This document shows positions 38,247 through 48,271 of a DNA stretch of 64,000 bases, in pieces. The stretch covers positions 4,438 to 68,437 of the forward strand of contig JACPNG010000005.1 of the NCBI GenBank assembly GCA_016185605.1, given 5' to 3'. The notes below the pieces were generated by a model that had not been told where the DNA came from, did not search any database, and saw only the letters and a list, made by a program, of their open reading frames with translations. The position numbers and the translations under genes are program-made. Source of the DNA: Candidatus Woesearchaeota archaeon. GTDB taxonomy: Archaea; Nanobdellota; Nanobdellia; SCGC-AAA011-G17; JACPNG01. Within the stretch, counting starts at the first letter, position 1. Every line of letters begins with the position of its first letter.

Positions 38247-40100
38247 ATGGAATACAAGTCAACAAAAGATATACAAATTTCTAAAAGGATTGCAGACCAG
38301 GTAATTGGTCAAGACCATGCAATCTCAATAATTAATAAAGCATCAAAGCAAAGAAGGAATGTTCTGTTGATTGGGGATCCAGGAACAGGAAAAAGCATGA
38401 TTGGCCAAGCATTAGCTGAACTTCTTCCAATGGAAAGCTTAGTTGATATCTTGGCATTCCCAAATCCAAATGATGACAATAATCCATTAATAAGGATAGT
38501 TCCAAAAGGCCAGGGCAAGTCATTAGTGACAAAGCAGAAAATCCAGGCAATGTCCTCTTTCAAAAATCAGTCGATGATAATGCTTATCTTAGTGATTGTA
38601 ATAAGTTTAATCCCATATTACTTCTGGAAGAGGGGAGCAATATCAGATGTAATCTATGCTGCTTCCATGATATCTTCAATGGTTTTTATAATTGGATTTA
38701 TGCTATTCATTAATCTAGGCAGAAGGATGAAATTGAATGACATAGCAAAAGTTCCAAAATTATTAATAGATAATTCAGAGAAGAAAGTAACTCCATTCTT
38801 GGATGCTACTGGAAGTCATGCAGGAGCTTTACTGGGAGATGTGTTGCATGATCCATTGCAATCAGGCGGATTAGGGACTCCAGCTTATGAAAGGTTAATT
38901 CCTGGAATGATACATAGGGCAAATGGAGGAGTATTATTCATTGATGAGGTTGCTACACTATCAAGGAGATCCCAGCAGGAATTATTAACAGCGTTGCAAG
39001 AAAAAAAATATCCCATTACTGGACAGAGTGAGAGAAGCTCTGGAGCCCAGACAAGATCTGAACCAGTACCATGTGACTTTATTTTAGCCGCAGCTGGTAA
39101 TATGGAGACAATCCAGAAAATGCATCCTGCATTAAGGTCTAGAATAAGAGGATATGGCTATGAAATTTATATGAATACAACAATGGAAGACACAACAGAA
39201 AACAGATTTAAGATAGCGCAATTTGTAGCTCAAGAAGTCTATAAAGATAAAAAAATTCCACATTTCTCAAAAGATGCTGTTGAGTTAATTATAGAAGAAG
39301 CCAGAAAAAGAGCTGGAATAGCTAATAAATTAACATTGAGATTAAGGGAGTTAGGGGGCTTAGTAAGGGCAGCTGGCGATTTAGCAAGGGAGCAAGGGTC
39401 AAAATTAGTTGAGAAGAAGCATATTATAGATGCAAAAAAATTAGCAAGAACATTAGAGCAGCAGATGGCTGATAGATATATAGAAAATAAAAAGAAATAT
39501 GAGGTTATAATAACAGAAGGCAAAAAAATTGGAAGGGTAAATGGGTTGGCTGTTATTGGAGACGGCTATTCTTTCTCTGGAATAGTTCTTCCTATTGAAT
39601 CTGAGGTTACTCCGGGGGGCAAAAAAACAGAGTTTGTCGCTACTGGAAAACTTGGAGAAATAGCAAAAGAAGCTGTACAAAATGTTTCAGCTATTATCTT
39701 AAAATATTTTGGAGACGATATCAAGGAAAAATATGACATCTTTATCCAATTTTTACAGTCATATGAGGGAGTAGAGGGAGATTCTGCATCAATAGCAGTA
39801 GCAACAGCAATAATTTCAGCTTTAAAAAAAATCCCAATAAGGCAAGATACAGCATTGACTGGGTCTTTATCTGTTCGTGGAGAGGTTCTAGCTGTTGGTG
39901 GAGTAACAGCTAAAGTAGAGGCAGCCATAGATGCCGGAATAAAAAGAGTTATAGTTCCAAAGTCAAATGAGAAAGACATAATACTTCCGAAAGAAAAGCT
40001 AAAGGGAATTGAGATTATTCCTGTTATGACAATAAAAGAAGTCTTAAAAGAGGCATTAGATTGGAAAGGGAAAGAGAATATACTCAGAAAGATTAAATAA
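38247..40100 (+). CDS. lon: archaeal membrane-bound Lon protease (LonB)
   Basis: Walker [13 protein letters not shown]. Two TM helices inserted in the AAA+ module ([17 protein letters not shown]...[13 protein letters not shown]). Protease Ser in [18 protein letters not shown]. Confidence 0.9.
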   Translation: MEYKSTKDIQISKRIADQVIGQDHAISIINKASKQRRNVLLIGDPGTGKSMIGQALAELLPMESLVDILAFPNPNDDNNPLIRIVPKGQGKSLVTKQKIQAMSSFKNQSMIMLILVIVISLIPYYFWKRGAISDVIYAASMISSMVFIIGFMLFINLGRRMKLNDIAKVPKLLIDNSEKKVTPFLDATGSHAGALLGDVLHDPLQSGGLGTPAYERLIPGMIHRANGGVLFIDEVATLSRRSQQELLTALQEKKYPITGQSERSSGAQTRSEPVPCDFILAAAGNMETIQKMHPALRSRIRGYGYEIYMNTTMEDTTENRFKIAQFVAQEVYKDKKIPHFSKDAVELIIEEARKRAGIANKLTLRLRELGGLVRAAGDLAREQGSKLVEKKHIIDAKKLARTLEQQMADRYIENKKKYEVIITEGKKIGRVNGLAVIGDGYSFSGIVLPIESEVTPGGKKTEFVATGKLGEIAKEAVQNVSAIILKYFGDDIKEKYDIFIQFLQSYEGVEGDSASIAVATAIISALKKIPIRQDTALTGSLSVRGEVLAVGGVTAKVEAAIDAGIKRVIVPKSNEKDIILPKEKLKGIEIIPVMTIKEVLKEALDWKGKENILRKIK

Positions 40101-40156
40101 TTTTGGGAGATAGTCAGCAATAGATAAAAGTTTATGGTGCTCTTATTTGAATTATT

Positions 40157-40942
40157 TTATAGTTTTGATACTCTTTTTATTTCCTTAGCAGAGGCTTTTA
40201 ATAAAAAAGGTGTTATAACATCAATTCCAATGCCCATAGCATATTTTTTGTCTAATGGCCTATGGTGTATCAAACCTAAGAATGAACTGGTATTTAAGTC
40301 AGCAACAATACCACCACTAAACCCAGCTGTACAATACGCATCTGTAATGAATGTATTATAATAAATTCTTTTTGTAATTGGATCTTCAGCATCAACTCCA
40401 ACGTGTGTAATTTTCCCTACTCTTTTATCTATTCTACGGTTAGGTCTTATTGCTAATACAATTACATTTCTTCCAACTTCTAATTCATTCGAAATTCCAG
40501 TAATCTTTAGAGGACAAAATGAACCATTACTATTAATATATAAAAGTGCTAAATCATTATTTCTATCAAAATCTACAAATCTGAATTCATATAATTTATT
40601 AGTATGTTTAATTACCTCTAGTTTTTCTAGATCTCCTAATTCTTTTCTAGGTTTTATTATTTTTTCTAGACCATGATAAGTACAAACTACATAATTACCA
40701 CATAGAACACCATTACTTCCATCTTTATTAGCATGTACTGACACTAAACTATCTTTTAAATGTTTAGTTGCTTCTTCTAAACTAACCTTTTTAGTATATA
40801 GTGGATTTAAAAAAGAATAAAGTACATTTAAGCTTTCAGCAAATTTTCTCTGGTATTCTAAGGTTTCTATTTTCTTAGAAAGTGGCTCATTATCTACAAA
40901 AGACCCGTAATTTCTATTTAATCTTATTAGCTTATTAGTCAT
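40157..40942 (-). CDS. cytoplasmic trypsin-like (PF13365-type) serine protease
   Basis: No signal peptide. VVCTYHGLEK (His), NNDLALLYI (Asp), CTAGFSGGIVADL (Ser) in canonical order. Helical N-terminal region of about 70 aa. Confidence 0.6.
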   Translation of the reverse strand: MTNKLIRLNRNYGSFVDNEPLSKKIETLEYQRKFAESLNVLYSFLNPLYTKKVSLEEATKHLKDSLVSVHANKDGSNGVLCGNYVVCTYHGLEKIIKPRKELGDLEKLEVIKHTNKLYEFRFVDFDRNNDLALLYINSNGSFCPLKITGISNELEVGRNVIVLAIRPNRRIDKRVGKITHVGVDAEDPITKRIYYNTFITDAYCTAGFSGGIVADLNTSSFLGLIHHRPLDKKYAMGIGIDVITPFLLKASAKEIKRVSKL

Positions 40943-40943
40943 A

Positions 40944-41204
40944 TTATATAGTATTCAACATCTCCTTATACTTTTTATAAGCTTCCTCTTCCATAACCCA
41001 TTTTACCCTCCTCTTAAATATTGTGGCTCTTTTGACTAATTTATTTTTTTCCATATTTTTTAACAGGTTTAAAACAAGCTCATCGTCTCTCGCTATTTCA
41101 TCGCTTATATGCTTTGTATAAACCCCTTTTAATTTAGTCTCATATAATACATATAATATATCATTCTTTATCTTCTCAATTACTTTTTCTGACAATCTTG
41201 ACAT
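40944..41204 (-). CDS. small winged-helix DNA-binding protein
   Basis: 86 aa. ILYVLYETKLKGVYTKHISDEIARDDELVLNLLKNMEKNKLVKR is wHTH-like. 1-nt gap to the protease gene. Confidence 0.5.
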   Translation of the reverse strand: MSRLSEKVIEKIKNDILYVLYETKLKGVYTKHISDEIARDDELVLNLLKNMEKNKLVKRATIFKRRVKWVMEEEAYKKYKEMLNTI

Positions 41205-41300
41205 GATTTTATAATAAAATAGTGATTTATAAACTTATTCGGTTAAGAGTTTAAATATTATCTAAAAACTTTATATAGTTCCTTGAATTTTTAAGGATTT

Positions 41301-42968
41301 ATGATAAAAAGAGAGATAATAAGAATTTTAGAAAAAATAACAAAATTAAAAGAAGAGGAAATAAACAATATTCTAGAAATCCCTCCAGACAAAAAATATG
41401 GGGATTATTCTTTTCCCTGTTTTGACCTAGCCAAGAAAAATAAAAAAAATCCAAATGATTTAGCCAAAGAAATAATGTCAAAGATAAAATCTCCTTTAAT
41501 AGAGAAAGTCCAAGTAGTTGGGCCTTATCTAAACTTATTCTTGAATAAGCAGAAATTAATTTCAATAGTCCTTAAAGAGGTAAATAAAAAAAAGAGTAAT
41601 TTTGGAAAGCAAAAGCAAAATAAGAAAATACTTGTAGAATATTGCGCCCCAAATACAAACAAGCCATTGCATCTTGGACATCTAAGGAATATATCATTGG
41701 GAGAATCCATTTCCAGAATATTTTCTTTTCTAGGCAATAAGGTTGTAAGAATAAATTTGGTTAATGACAGAGGAATCCATATCTGCCAGTCAATGTTGGC
41801 TTATCAAAAATACGGGAACAACAAACTTCCAGATAAAAAATCAGATCACTTTGTCGGGGATTTTTATGTTATGTTCTCCAAGAATGCAGATGAAAAAATG
41901 GACAAAGAAGCCCAGGAATTATTGTTAAAATGGGAGTCTAAAGACAAGGAAACAATTAATCTATGGAAGAGGATGAATAAATGGGCGTTGGATGGATTTG
42001 ATGAGACATATAAAAGATTAGGGATAAGATTTGACAAAACATATTATGAAAGTGACTTTTATACAAAGGGAAAAGACATAATATTTAGAGGAATTAAAAA
42101 AGGAATATTCCATAAAGATAAAGACAATAATATTATAGCTGATCTGTCAAAATATAATATCCCAGATAAGATATTATTGAGGGGGGATCAAACTTCTATC
42201 TATATAACTCAAGATCTAGCTTTGGCTGAGTTGAAATTTAAGGAATATAATCCAAATCTTTCAATTTATACAGTAGCTTCTGAGCAGAATCTTCATTTTA
42301 AGCAGTTATTCTCGATATTAGAACAGTTAAAATCAAAAGCAGCTGGAAAATGCCTTCATCTAAGCTATGGCATAGTATTACTGCCAGAAGGAAAGATGAA
42401 ATCCAGAGAGGGGAATGTAGTAGATGCAGATAATATTCTTGACGAGGTTGTTAACTTAGCTAAGGAAGAATTAAAATCAAGAAATAAAGAATTAAATGAG
42501 GAAAAATCATCCCAGATAGGAATTGGGGCATTGAAATTTTATCTTCTCAAAGTTGATCCTATAAAAGATATTACTTATAATCCAAAAGAATCAATCTCAT
42601 TTGTAGGAGAGACATCTCCGTATATTCAATATGCTAATGCAAGGATATGCAGCATCCTTAAACAAACAAAACTGCCAAAAAAAGCAGACTATTCATTATT
42701 ATATTTGCCTCAAGAAGTTGAATTAGCATTAATCTTGTCAAGATTCCCAGAGATTATAGAGGAAGCTTCGAACAATTATAAGCCGTCTATAATCACAAAT
42801 TATCTATTGGATGTTACAAAGTCATTTAACAAGTTTTATGACAGCATTAATATCTTAAAGGCAGAGCCGAAGATAAGGGATGCTAGATTATCCTTGATAT
42901 TATCTGTAAAGCAAGTAATCTCATCTGGATTATATCTATTGGGAATAGAAGCCCCAGAAGAAATGTAG
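41301..42968 (+). CDS. argS: arginyl-tRNA synthetase
   Basis: HIGH region NKPLHLGHLRN, GKMKSREG, typical C-terminal anticodon-binding (DALR-like) region. 555 aa. Confidence 0.9.
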   Translation: MIKREIIRILEKITKLKEEEINNILEIPPDKKYGDYSFPCFDLAKKNKKNPNDLAKEIMSKIKSPLIEKVQVVGPYLNLFLNKQKLISIVLKEVNKKKSNFGKQKQNKKILVEYCAPNTNKPLHLGHLRNISLGESISRIFSFLGNKVVRINLVNDRGIHICQSMLAYQKYGNNKLPDKKSDHFVGDFYVMFSKNADEKMDKEAQELLLKWESKDKETINLWKRMNKWALDGFDETYKRLGIRFDKTYYESDFYTKGKDIIFRGIKKGIFHKDKDNNIIADLSKYNIPDKILLRGDQTSIYITQDLALAELKFKEYNPNLSIYTVASEQNLHFKQLFSILEQLKSKAAGKCLHLSYGIVLLPEGKMKSREGNVVDADNILDEVVNLAKEELKSRNKELNEEKSSQIGIGALKFYLLKVDPIKDITYNPKESISFVGETSPYIQYANARICSILKQTKLPKKADYSLLYLPQEVELALILSRFPEIIEEASNNYKPSIITNYLLDVTKSFNKFYDSINILKAEPKIRDARLSLILSVKQVISSGLYLLGIEAPEEM

Positions 42969-43015
42969 TTTAAATGACAATAAGCTTTAAATAATACTAT
43001 TTTCTAATCTAAAAA

Positions 43016-43435
43016 ATGCCAGTAATTGCATTTAATGTTGACAGGATATTAGCAGAGAAGAATTCTCAAGTTATCAAGAATATAAAAGTAGAGAATAATA
43101 TGAGGATAAATAATATAAGTCTAGTTCCAAAAAGAGACAATATACTTAAATTTGATTTTGAATTTACCACAGAATACAAGCCGGACATTGGAAATATGAA
43201 GATAAACGGAAATTTAATATTTAGGGGTGAAGAAAAAAAAATAAAAGAAATATTAGATATATGGAGAAAATCCAAAAAATTAGACAAAGATATTATGGTG
43301 TCAATAACTAATTTTATATTGATAAAATGTAATGTTAGGGCATTGGGATTGGCTGAACAAGTTAATTTACCGCCGCATATTCAATTGCCTATGATGCAAA
43401 TAAGCAATAAAACCAAAGGGGATTATATAGGATAA
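43016..43435 (+). CDS. hypothetical protein
   Basis: 139-aa ORF with compact spacing after argS. No family recognised with confidence. Confidence 0.6.
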   Translation: MPVIAFNVDRILAEKNSQVIKNIKVENNMRINNISLVPKRDNILKFDFEFTTEYKPDIGNMKINGNLIFRGEEKKIKEILDIWRKSKKLDKDIMVSITNFILIKCNVRALGLAEQVNLPPHIQLPMMQISNKTKGDYIG

Positions 43436-43465
43436 TCCTCGACAAAATCTAATTTTTATTGGAAA

Positions 43466-44044
43466 ATGGAGAATTCTGAATTTGACAACAGGGTAAAATC
43501 ATCTTTTTCTAAGGTAAAAGAGGATATTGATGATTTAAGATCTGAAATAGACAATAACAAAAAGAAAGTAATTGAATTATTGGATTTAATAAAGGAATTT
43601 CTTTCTAAATATGAATCTAAACCGAATAAAGAGTATGAAAATCCCACTCGAACTGATAGTTCCATAGGAAATCAAGGGGCCATCCCACTCACTCACTCAC
43701 TCACTCACATCCCACTCACTCACAAATTTGCCTTTTTAGAGGCTCTAGAGGCATTTTCTGCGAGAGAGCTCTACTCACTCCTTTCCCTCTATCAATTAGA
43801 GGAAGAAAAGGGCAAGGTTACTTATCTAGACCTTGCTGAGAAACTCTCACTTAAGGAATCTGGTGTAAGATCTTATATTAGTGCACTAATAAAAAAGGGA
43901 GCGCCCATTACAAGAAAGAAAATCAATAATAGACTCACTATTCTATCTATCGACGAGAAATTCAGGAATTTAGGCTTAAAAACTAAACTAGTTAACCTCT
44001 ATTATCAGAGAGACCCAGAACAAAAGAGATTATCAGATGTATAA
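43466..44044 (+). CDS. coiled-coil / winged-helix protein, paralog A
   Basis: N-terminal SFSKVKEDIDDLRSEI plus coiled coil, repeat-encoded linker IPLTHSLTHIPLTH, C-terminal wHTH (VTYLDLAEKLSLKESGVRSYISALIKKG). Confidence 0.65.
   Translation: MENSEFDNRVKSSFSKVKEDIDDLRSEIDNNKKKVIELLDLIKEFLSKYESKPNKEYENPTRTDSSIGNQGAIPLTHSLTHIPLTHKFAFLEALEAFSARELYSLLSLYQLEEEKGKVTYLDLAEKLSLKESGVRSYISALIKKGAPITRKKINNRLTILSIDEKFRNLGLKTKLVNLYYQRDPEQKRLSDV
43681..43720. repeat. in-frame short tandem repeat (CACT/CACTCAC-based)
   Basis: catcccactcactcactcactcacatcccactcactcaca: ATCCCACTCACTCAC occurs twice, separated by TCACTCAC. Encodes IPLTHSLTHIPLTH. Confidence 0.9.
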
Positions 44045-44124
44045 CACTCACTTTTTGATAAAAATCAAATATAAATACATTATTTTTATGAAAATTCTTT
44101 AAATTTAATTAAATTTATTCGGCA

Positions 44125-44694
44125 TCAACTCCTATTAACACTCACTTTTTGCTTCAAAACCATGCTTTTTGTCTTCTTATCTAACAAAAAGACCTTTTTT
44201 CTACCCCTCACACTCACTTTTTCCTCTATTTGGACACCTATTCTCTTTATATCATTTAGATGCCTTCTTACAGTTATCACATTTAGCCCTAATTTCTTTG
44301 ACATATCATCATATCCGAGTGGACCACCAGCATAACTTAACAAAATAAGGATATGTTTTTGTGCTGGAGTGAGGTTTTTCAGCGATTGAACGTTCATGAA
44401 CGATTGATTTGAACGATTGAACGATTGAATGCGTTCAATCGTCTGTTTGTCTTCTATGACATTTTCATCATTTTCTTGCTTATTTTCCAGCATTTCTTCC
44501 AACAATTCAATTTTTTTAAGAATAAAATTCAGCTTTTGATCATGTTCCTTTGTCTTTGAATCAAAATGATTGATCCAACTGCTCAATTTTCTAACATCTT
44601 CTTTAATTTTACCGAAAGAATCACCTAGATGACTATACAAATTGTCTAATCTTGCGTGAAAATCACGCTTTTTTCTGAAAAAGTTAAATATCAT
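44125..44694 (-). CDS. coiled-coil / winged-helix protein, paralog B
   Basis: N-terminal SFGKIKEDVRKLSSWI plus coiled coil, repeat-encoded linker ERIQSFNRSNQSFMNVQS, C-terminal wHTH (LGYDDMSKKLGLNVITVRRHLNDIKRIG). Convergent with paralog A. Confidence 0.65.
   Translation of the reverse strand: MIFNFFRKKRDFHARLDNLYSHLGDSFGKIKEDVRKLSSWINHFDSKTKEHDQKLNFILKKIELLEEMLENKQENDENVIEDKQTIERIQSFNRSNQSFMNVQSLKNLTPAQKHILILLSYAGGPLGYDDMSKKLGLNVITVRRHLNDIKRIGVQIEEKVSVRGRKKVFLLDKKTKSMVLKQKVSVNRS
44383..44441. repeat. in-frame degenerate tandem repeat of CGATTGAA with terminal hairpin
   Basis: cgattgaa at 44383, 44414 and 44422, plus variants cgttcatgaa and cgattgatttgaa. 44422..44441 is a perfect 8-bp inverted repeat: CGATTGAA-tgcg-TTCAATCG. 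Confidence 0.9.
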
Positions 44695-44811
44695 CGATAA
44701 AATAATAGAATTTATTATTTAATAAATCTTTTTATTTATGATAATTTATATTACCAATCCTTGATTAGAAATATATAAATACTGATTTATAATCTATTAT
44801 TGGGAATATCA

Positions 44812-45093
44812 ATGGCAGATCCTGCGGAATTTCATCAATCCTTAGATTATGAATTACAAAAAAAAGAAAATCCGGAAGAAATAGCCGAAATTATCTTATC
44901 TAGTCTAAATGGAGCTAGTGATAAGGAAAATAAAATGATAGAACTCATCATAATTAATCCATTTTTAATCCCTTATCTCGAACCAGTACATAAAAATGTG
45001 AGAAGAGATTATCCCGCCGACGTTAACGGAAAATTTGACAACGCTGTTGCAAGAACAAAAGCTCTTGGATATTCAGGATATTGGACTGGCTAA
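44812..45093 (+). CDS. hypothetical protein (island ORF)
   Basis: Track start 44800 is TTG. ATG 44812 gives MADPAEFHQS... No family recognised. Confidence 0.5.
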   Translation: MADPAEFHQSLDYELQKKENPEEIAEIILSSLNGASDKENKMIELIIINPFLIPYLEPVHKNVRRDYPADVNGKFDNAVARTKALGYSGYWTG

Positions 45094-45348
45094 ATTATCT
45101 GATAAGTTATCAAAAGATTTCTTACAATTAACACTAAAGCAACTAATACAATAAGAAATAGCAAAAATTTCTCATGAATACACATCCCTTTTTTGTACTT
45201 ACACCCGCTTAAACGGCATAAAATAGACATAATATAATAAAATAGAATGTTTTTTTAAAGTTTTATATTCTAAATCATAAAATAAATATTGCATTTCTTA
45301 TATCAATCAACAATAGTTTTTATAAATCAGCCTATAGAATAAGGATGA

Positions 45349-45774
45349 ATGGCTGTTAAAGTGGATTCAACACTTAAAAAAGAGGATGTTAAAGAAGGGG
45401 ATGTTTTAAAGTCTCGACAAAATCATCTTCTTATGCTTTACGTAGTTGTCTCAGATAAAGAATTTTTTAAGAATGTTGGTTCTAAATTTAATCGTGAGAG
45501 TACAATGCAAGCATATAATCGGGGCGAAATATTATTTCTAAGAGTGAATGGGGAATATACAATTATTCCCCCCAATATATTTTACAAATCAGATATAGTC
45601 GAAAATCTTGAAGAAGAACTAGGATTAGTCCGAGGGTTATATCAACAAGAGATAGAGAGATTACAAATTTTAGCTGATGCAAATATTTCTATGTTAGAGA
45701 GGATAATAAGAGAAAGGGCACAACCGCCATCATTTGAACTCGTTGAAGTAGGAGATAATAATAAAAGTGCTTAA
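45349..45774 (+). CDS. hypothetical protein (island ORF)
   Basis: 141-aa ORF, non-low-complexity composition. No family recognised. Confidence 0.55.
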   Translation: MAVKVDSTLKKEDVKEGDVLKSRQNHLLMLYVVVSDKEFFKNVGSKFNRESTMQAYNRGEILFLRVNGEYTIIPPNIFYKSDIVENLEEELGLVRGLYQQEIERLQILADANISMLERIIRERAQPPSFELVEVGDNNKSA

Positions 45775-45863
45775 AACCTTTAAGCAAAGATTAAATATCT
45801 TGTCGATATAAAATATAATCAAAAACGAAAATATTTTTATACTATATCAAATAAGTTTAAGCT

Positions 45864-46232
45864 ATGACAAAAACTAAATTATTAATAGTCTCAGGGATTT
45901 TATCGGGATTATTAGGATTAGAAAATATTGTATCAACTCCAATAATCTCAGCTCAAACACAAAGAGAGCATGCAGAAAATTTAGCGAGATATATTGGAAA
46001 TTGTAACAGAAATTTAGATAGAATAAAAGAAGAGTTAGAAAGAGATAATCTTTTTTCGATACAACCGGCCCTAGGCATGGTGAAATTTCATTGTATAGAA
46101 GGCTTAGATGAAAAAGATTTTTATAGGAATTATGATAAAGAGCAAGATCCACACGATATGATGAAATATGTAAAAAAAATGAAGTCATATTTTGAAGAAT
46201 TAAATACAGAGTTTTGGAATAAATTCAAATGA
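45864..46232 (+). CDS. hypothetical secreted protein (island ORF)
   Basis: 122 aa with a signal-like N-terminus MTKTKLLIVSGILSGLLGLENIVSTPIISAQ. Confidence 0.55.
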   Translation: MTKTKLLIVSGILSGLLGLENIVSTPIISAQTQREHAENLARYIGNCNRNLDRIKEELERDNLFSIQPALGMVKFHCIEGLDEKDFYRNYDKEQDPHDMMKYVKKMKSYFEELNTEFWNKFK

Positions 46233-46426
46233 AATTACTTATAAGACACATTAAGCGAAGCTATTTATTTCTATATTGCACATAGCCACAAAAAGCAACT
46301 AGTACACCAGAAGAAATCATCAAAAACCAAAATTTGAATCCTAAAGAGGGAGAAAGAACAATTAGACCAGCCATTATACCAATTCCCATTCATTCAATCC
46401 ATCTTCCAACAGCACTATTTACTATA

Positions 46427-46873
46427 TTATCCATCTTTATTTTTTAACTCAACATTGTAATTAGTTAACTCATGATATTCTTTATTTATATTTTTTAACA
46501 CTTTATTAAATAATTTCATTTGTTTTTTTATACTATAAGCATGATAAATCAAATATTTTTTCTTTTTATTTTCATCTTTAATCTCAATGATAATAGGATA
46601 AGTTGTTCTCTCATCAACTCTTCCGGTTCTAAGATTTATAATTGGAGGTATCCACTTATAAACTTCTCCCTTTCCAGATACAGGGTGATAATTTTTAGGT
46701 ATTTTAGGTTTTTCTGGATAATAAAATTTTGGACCTAAAATATAAACTTCAAGCTCTTTTTTTCTGTCTACTAAAAATTTAGCATAATTTTCTTTTCTTT
46801 CTAATAATTTAATATTATAACCCTCTATTTTTTTAAAATTTTCAATTTTATTTTTTATATATCTTATAAACAT
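46427..46873 (-). CDS. hypothetical protein (island ORF)
   Basis: 148-aa Lys/Tyr-rich ORF. No family recognised. Confidence 0.55.
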   Translation of the reverse strand: MFIRYIKNKIENFKKIEGYNIKLLERKENYAKFLVDRKKELEVYILGPKFYYPEKPKIPKNYHPVSGKGEVYKWIPPIINLRTGRVDERTTYPIIIEIKDENKKKKYLIYHAYSIKKQMKLFNKVLKNINKEYHELTNYNVELKNKDG

Positions 46874-47008
46874 ATAAATAATCTAAACAAATAATGATTT
46901 AAATTTTACTATCTAAATGAGAAGTAGACAACTCCTAAATTTTGCCTAACTGTGCTTACCTGAATTCTCGATAGAATAGCTTAAAAATGGTTAAATTTGA
47001 TTAGAATT

Positions 47009-47308
47009 ATGGCATTAACTGAGAGAGAACAAAGATGTAGTAATTTTATCAATGAAAAGCTAGAAGAACCCCTTGAAGAGGGTAGCTTGGAATTTTATAC
47101 ATGGAAAAACATGTTAGGAATAAGGGATCCAGAAAAATTTCATAAAATAGCTCAATCATTAAAGATAAAAGGATTAAAAAAATTGGGTGGAATTCATTAT
47201 TATATTGGAATTCCGGGAGATAATGGAAATTATTGGGAAATTATGTTAGTTGGTTCTCAAAGTGAAGAATTTCTACAAAAGTATGGGGTGCAATATAAAG
47301 TTGAGTGA
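47009..47308 (+). CDS. hypothetical protein (island ORF)
   Basis: Track start 46997 is TTG. ATG 47009 gives MALTEREQRCSNF... 99 aa. Confidence 0.5.
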   Translation: MALTEREQRCSNFINEKLEEPLEEGSLEFYTWKNMLGIRDPEKFHKIAQSLKIKGLKKLGGIHYYIGIPGDNGNYWEIMLVGSQSEEFLQKYGVQYKVE

Positions 47309-47354
47309 AATAAATTACACTTAACGATGATTAACTGAATGTCCCATAAACTAT

Positions 47355-47744
47355 TTATGCTAAATCATACCTCTCTAATTTAATTCCCACACTTTCAAAT
47401 AAAGAACACCAATAATGTTCATCATAAACACCATCATAATGATACCAACTAACTCCTTTTTCAAAATGATGAAGAGTCTGTCCAAATAACACGTCTGGCT
47501 CTTCTTTTATAGATAATCCTCTGGTGGGTAGACTATATACTTTTCTTATATTTTGTTTCAATAAATAATTAATTACTTGTTGAGTTTCAGCTTCTCCAAT
47601 TTCGTCCATTATTCCCAGATCACACGGATTAATTATATTTTCTAAATCCCCATTCTTATACTGAAAAAGAGCAAGAGCACTATGATCTGCTGTATAATCT
47701 GCATAGTGCTCAAATACAAAATAGCTTTCTTCTAATGGATTCAT
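47355..47744 (-). CDS. hypothetical protein (island ORF)
   Basis: 129-aa acidic, aromatic-rich ORF. No family recognised. Confidence 0.55.
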   Translation of the reverse strand: MNPLEESYFVFEHYADYTADHSALALFQYKNGDLENIINPCDLGIMDEIGEAETQQVINYLLKQNIRKVYSLPTRGLSIKEEPDVLFGQTLHHFEKGVSWYHYDGVYDEHYWCSLFESVGIKLERYDLA

Positions 47745-47823
47745 ACTGATTGGCTTTTAAACAAAGAATATAAATCTTTAGGAGATTTTATTGAGAGTTC
47801 GTATAACCATTCTTAAGCGAACT

Positions 47824-48222
47824 TTATTTAGAAAAATCAAGTGGTTTAGGATATCTGCTTCCTCTAGGAAATTCTGGGTTACGTTCATCAAACCATCCCT
47901 CATCTAAGTAATCTGGTTGTCTAATTATAGGAAGTTTTCTATCAATTTCTTTAAAATTTCTTTCTTCTGTTCTAATATCCTCAAATTTCCTAGAAAAGGT
48001 TGTTTTTCCACCATTCCTTAATATATCCTCTAAAATTCTTCTTGTTCCATCCCCAATTCCTTTAACATTTAACCCTTTCAGAGAACCTTCTCTATCATAT
48101 AAACTTTTAATATCTATACCACAATTTTGAATTTTTAATTTAATCTTTTTGTAATTATCTAAACTAGACGCTCCAATAGAAGCAGTTTCAAAATAGTGAT
48201 TTCCTAGTTCTTGATTATCCAT
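47824..48222 (-). CDS. hypothetical protein with helix-hairpin-helix-like motif
   Basis: LKGLNVKGIGDGTRRILEDIL resembles an HhH (GIG) DNA-binding motif. 132 aa. Confidence 0.5.
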   Translation of the reverse strand: MDNQELGNHYFETASIGASSLDNYKKIKLKIQNCGIDIKSLYDREGSLKGLNVKGIGDGTRRILEDILRNGGKTTFSRKFEDIRTEERNFKEIDRKLPIIRQPDYLDEGWFDERNPEFPRGSRYPKPLDFSK

Positions 48223-48271
48223 AAAAATTTATGGAAAAATTAATTTATAATTCTTTCTATTAAGCATAATA

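Noticed and set aside
39566-40120. 184-aa minus-strand ORF (and 39239..39680 ORFs) antisense to lon
   Set aside because: It lies entirely within the well-supported LonB gene. Its composition is antisense-like and it has no start context.
41299-41565. 88-aa minus-strand ORF at the 5' end of argS
   Set aside because: It is antisense to the confidently identified ArgRS gene, and its Leu/Phe-rich sequence is an antisense artefact.
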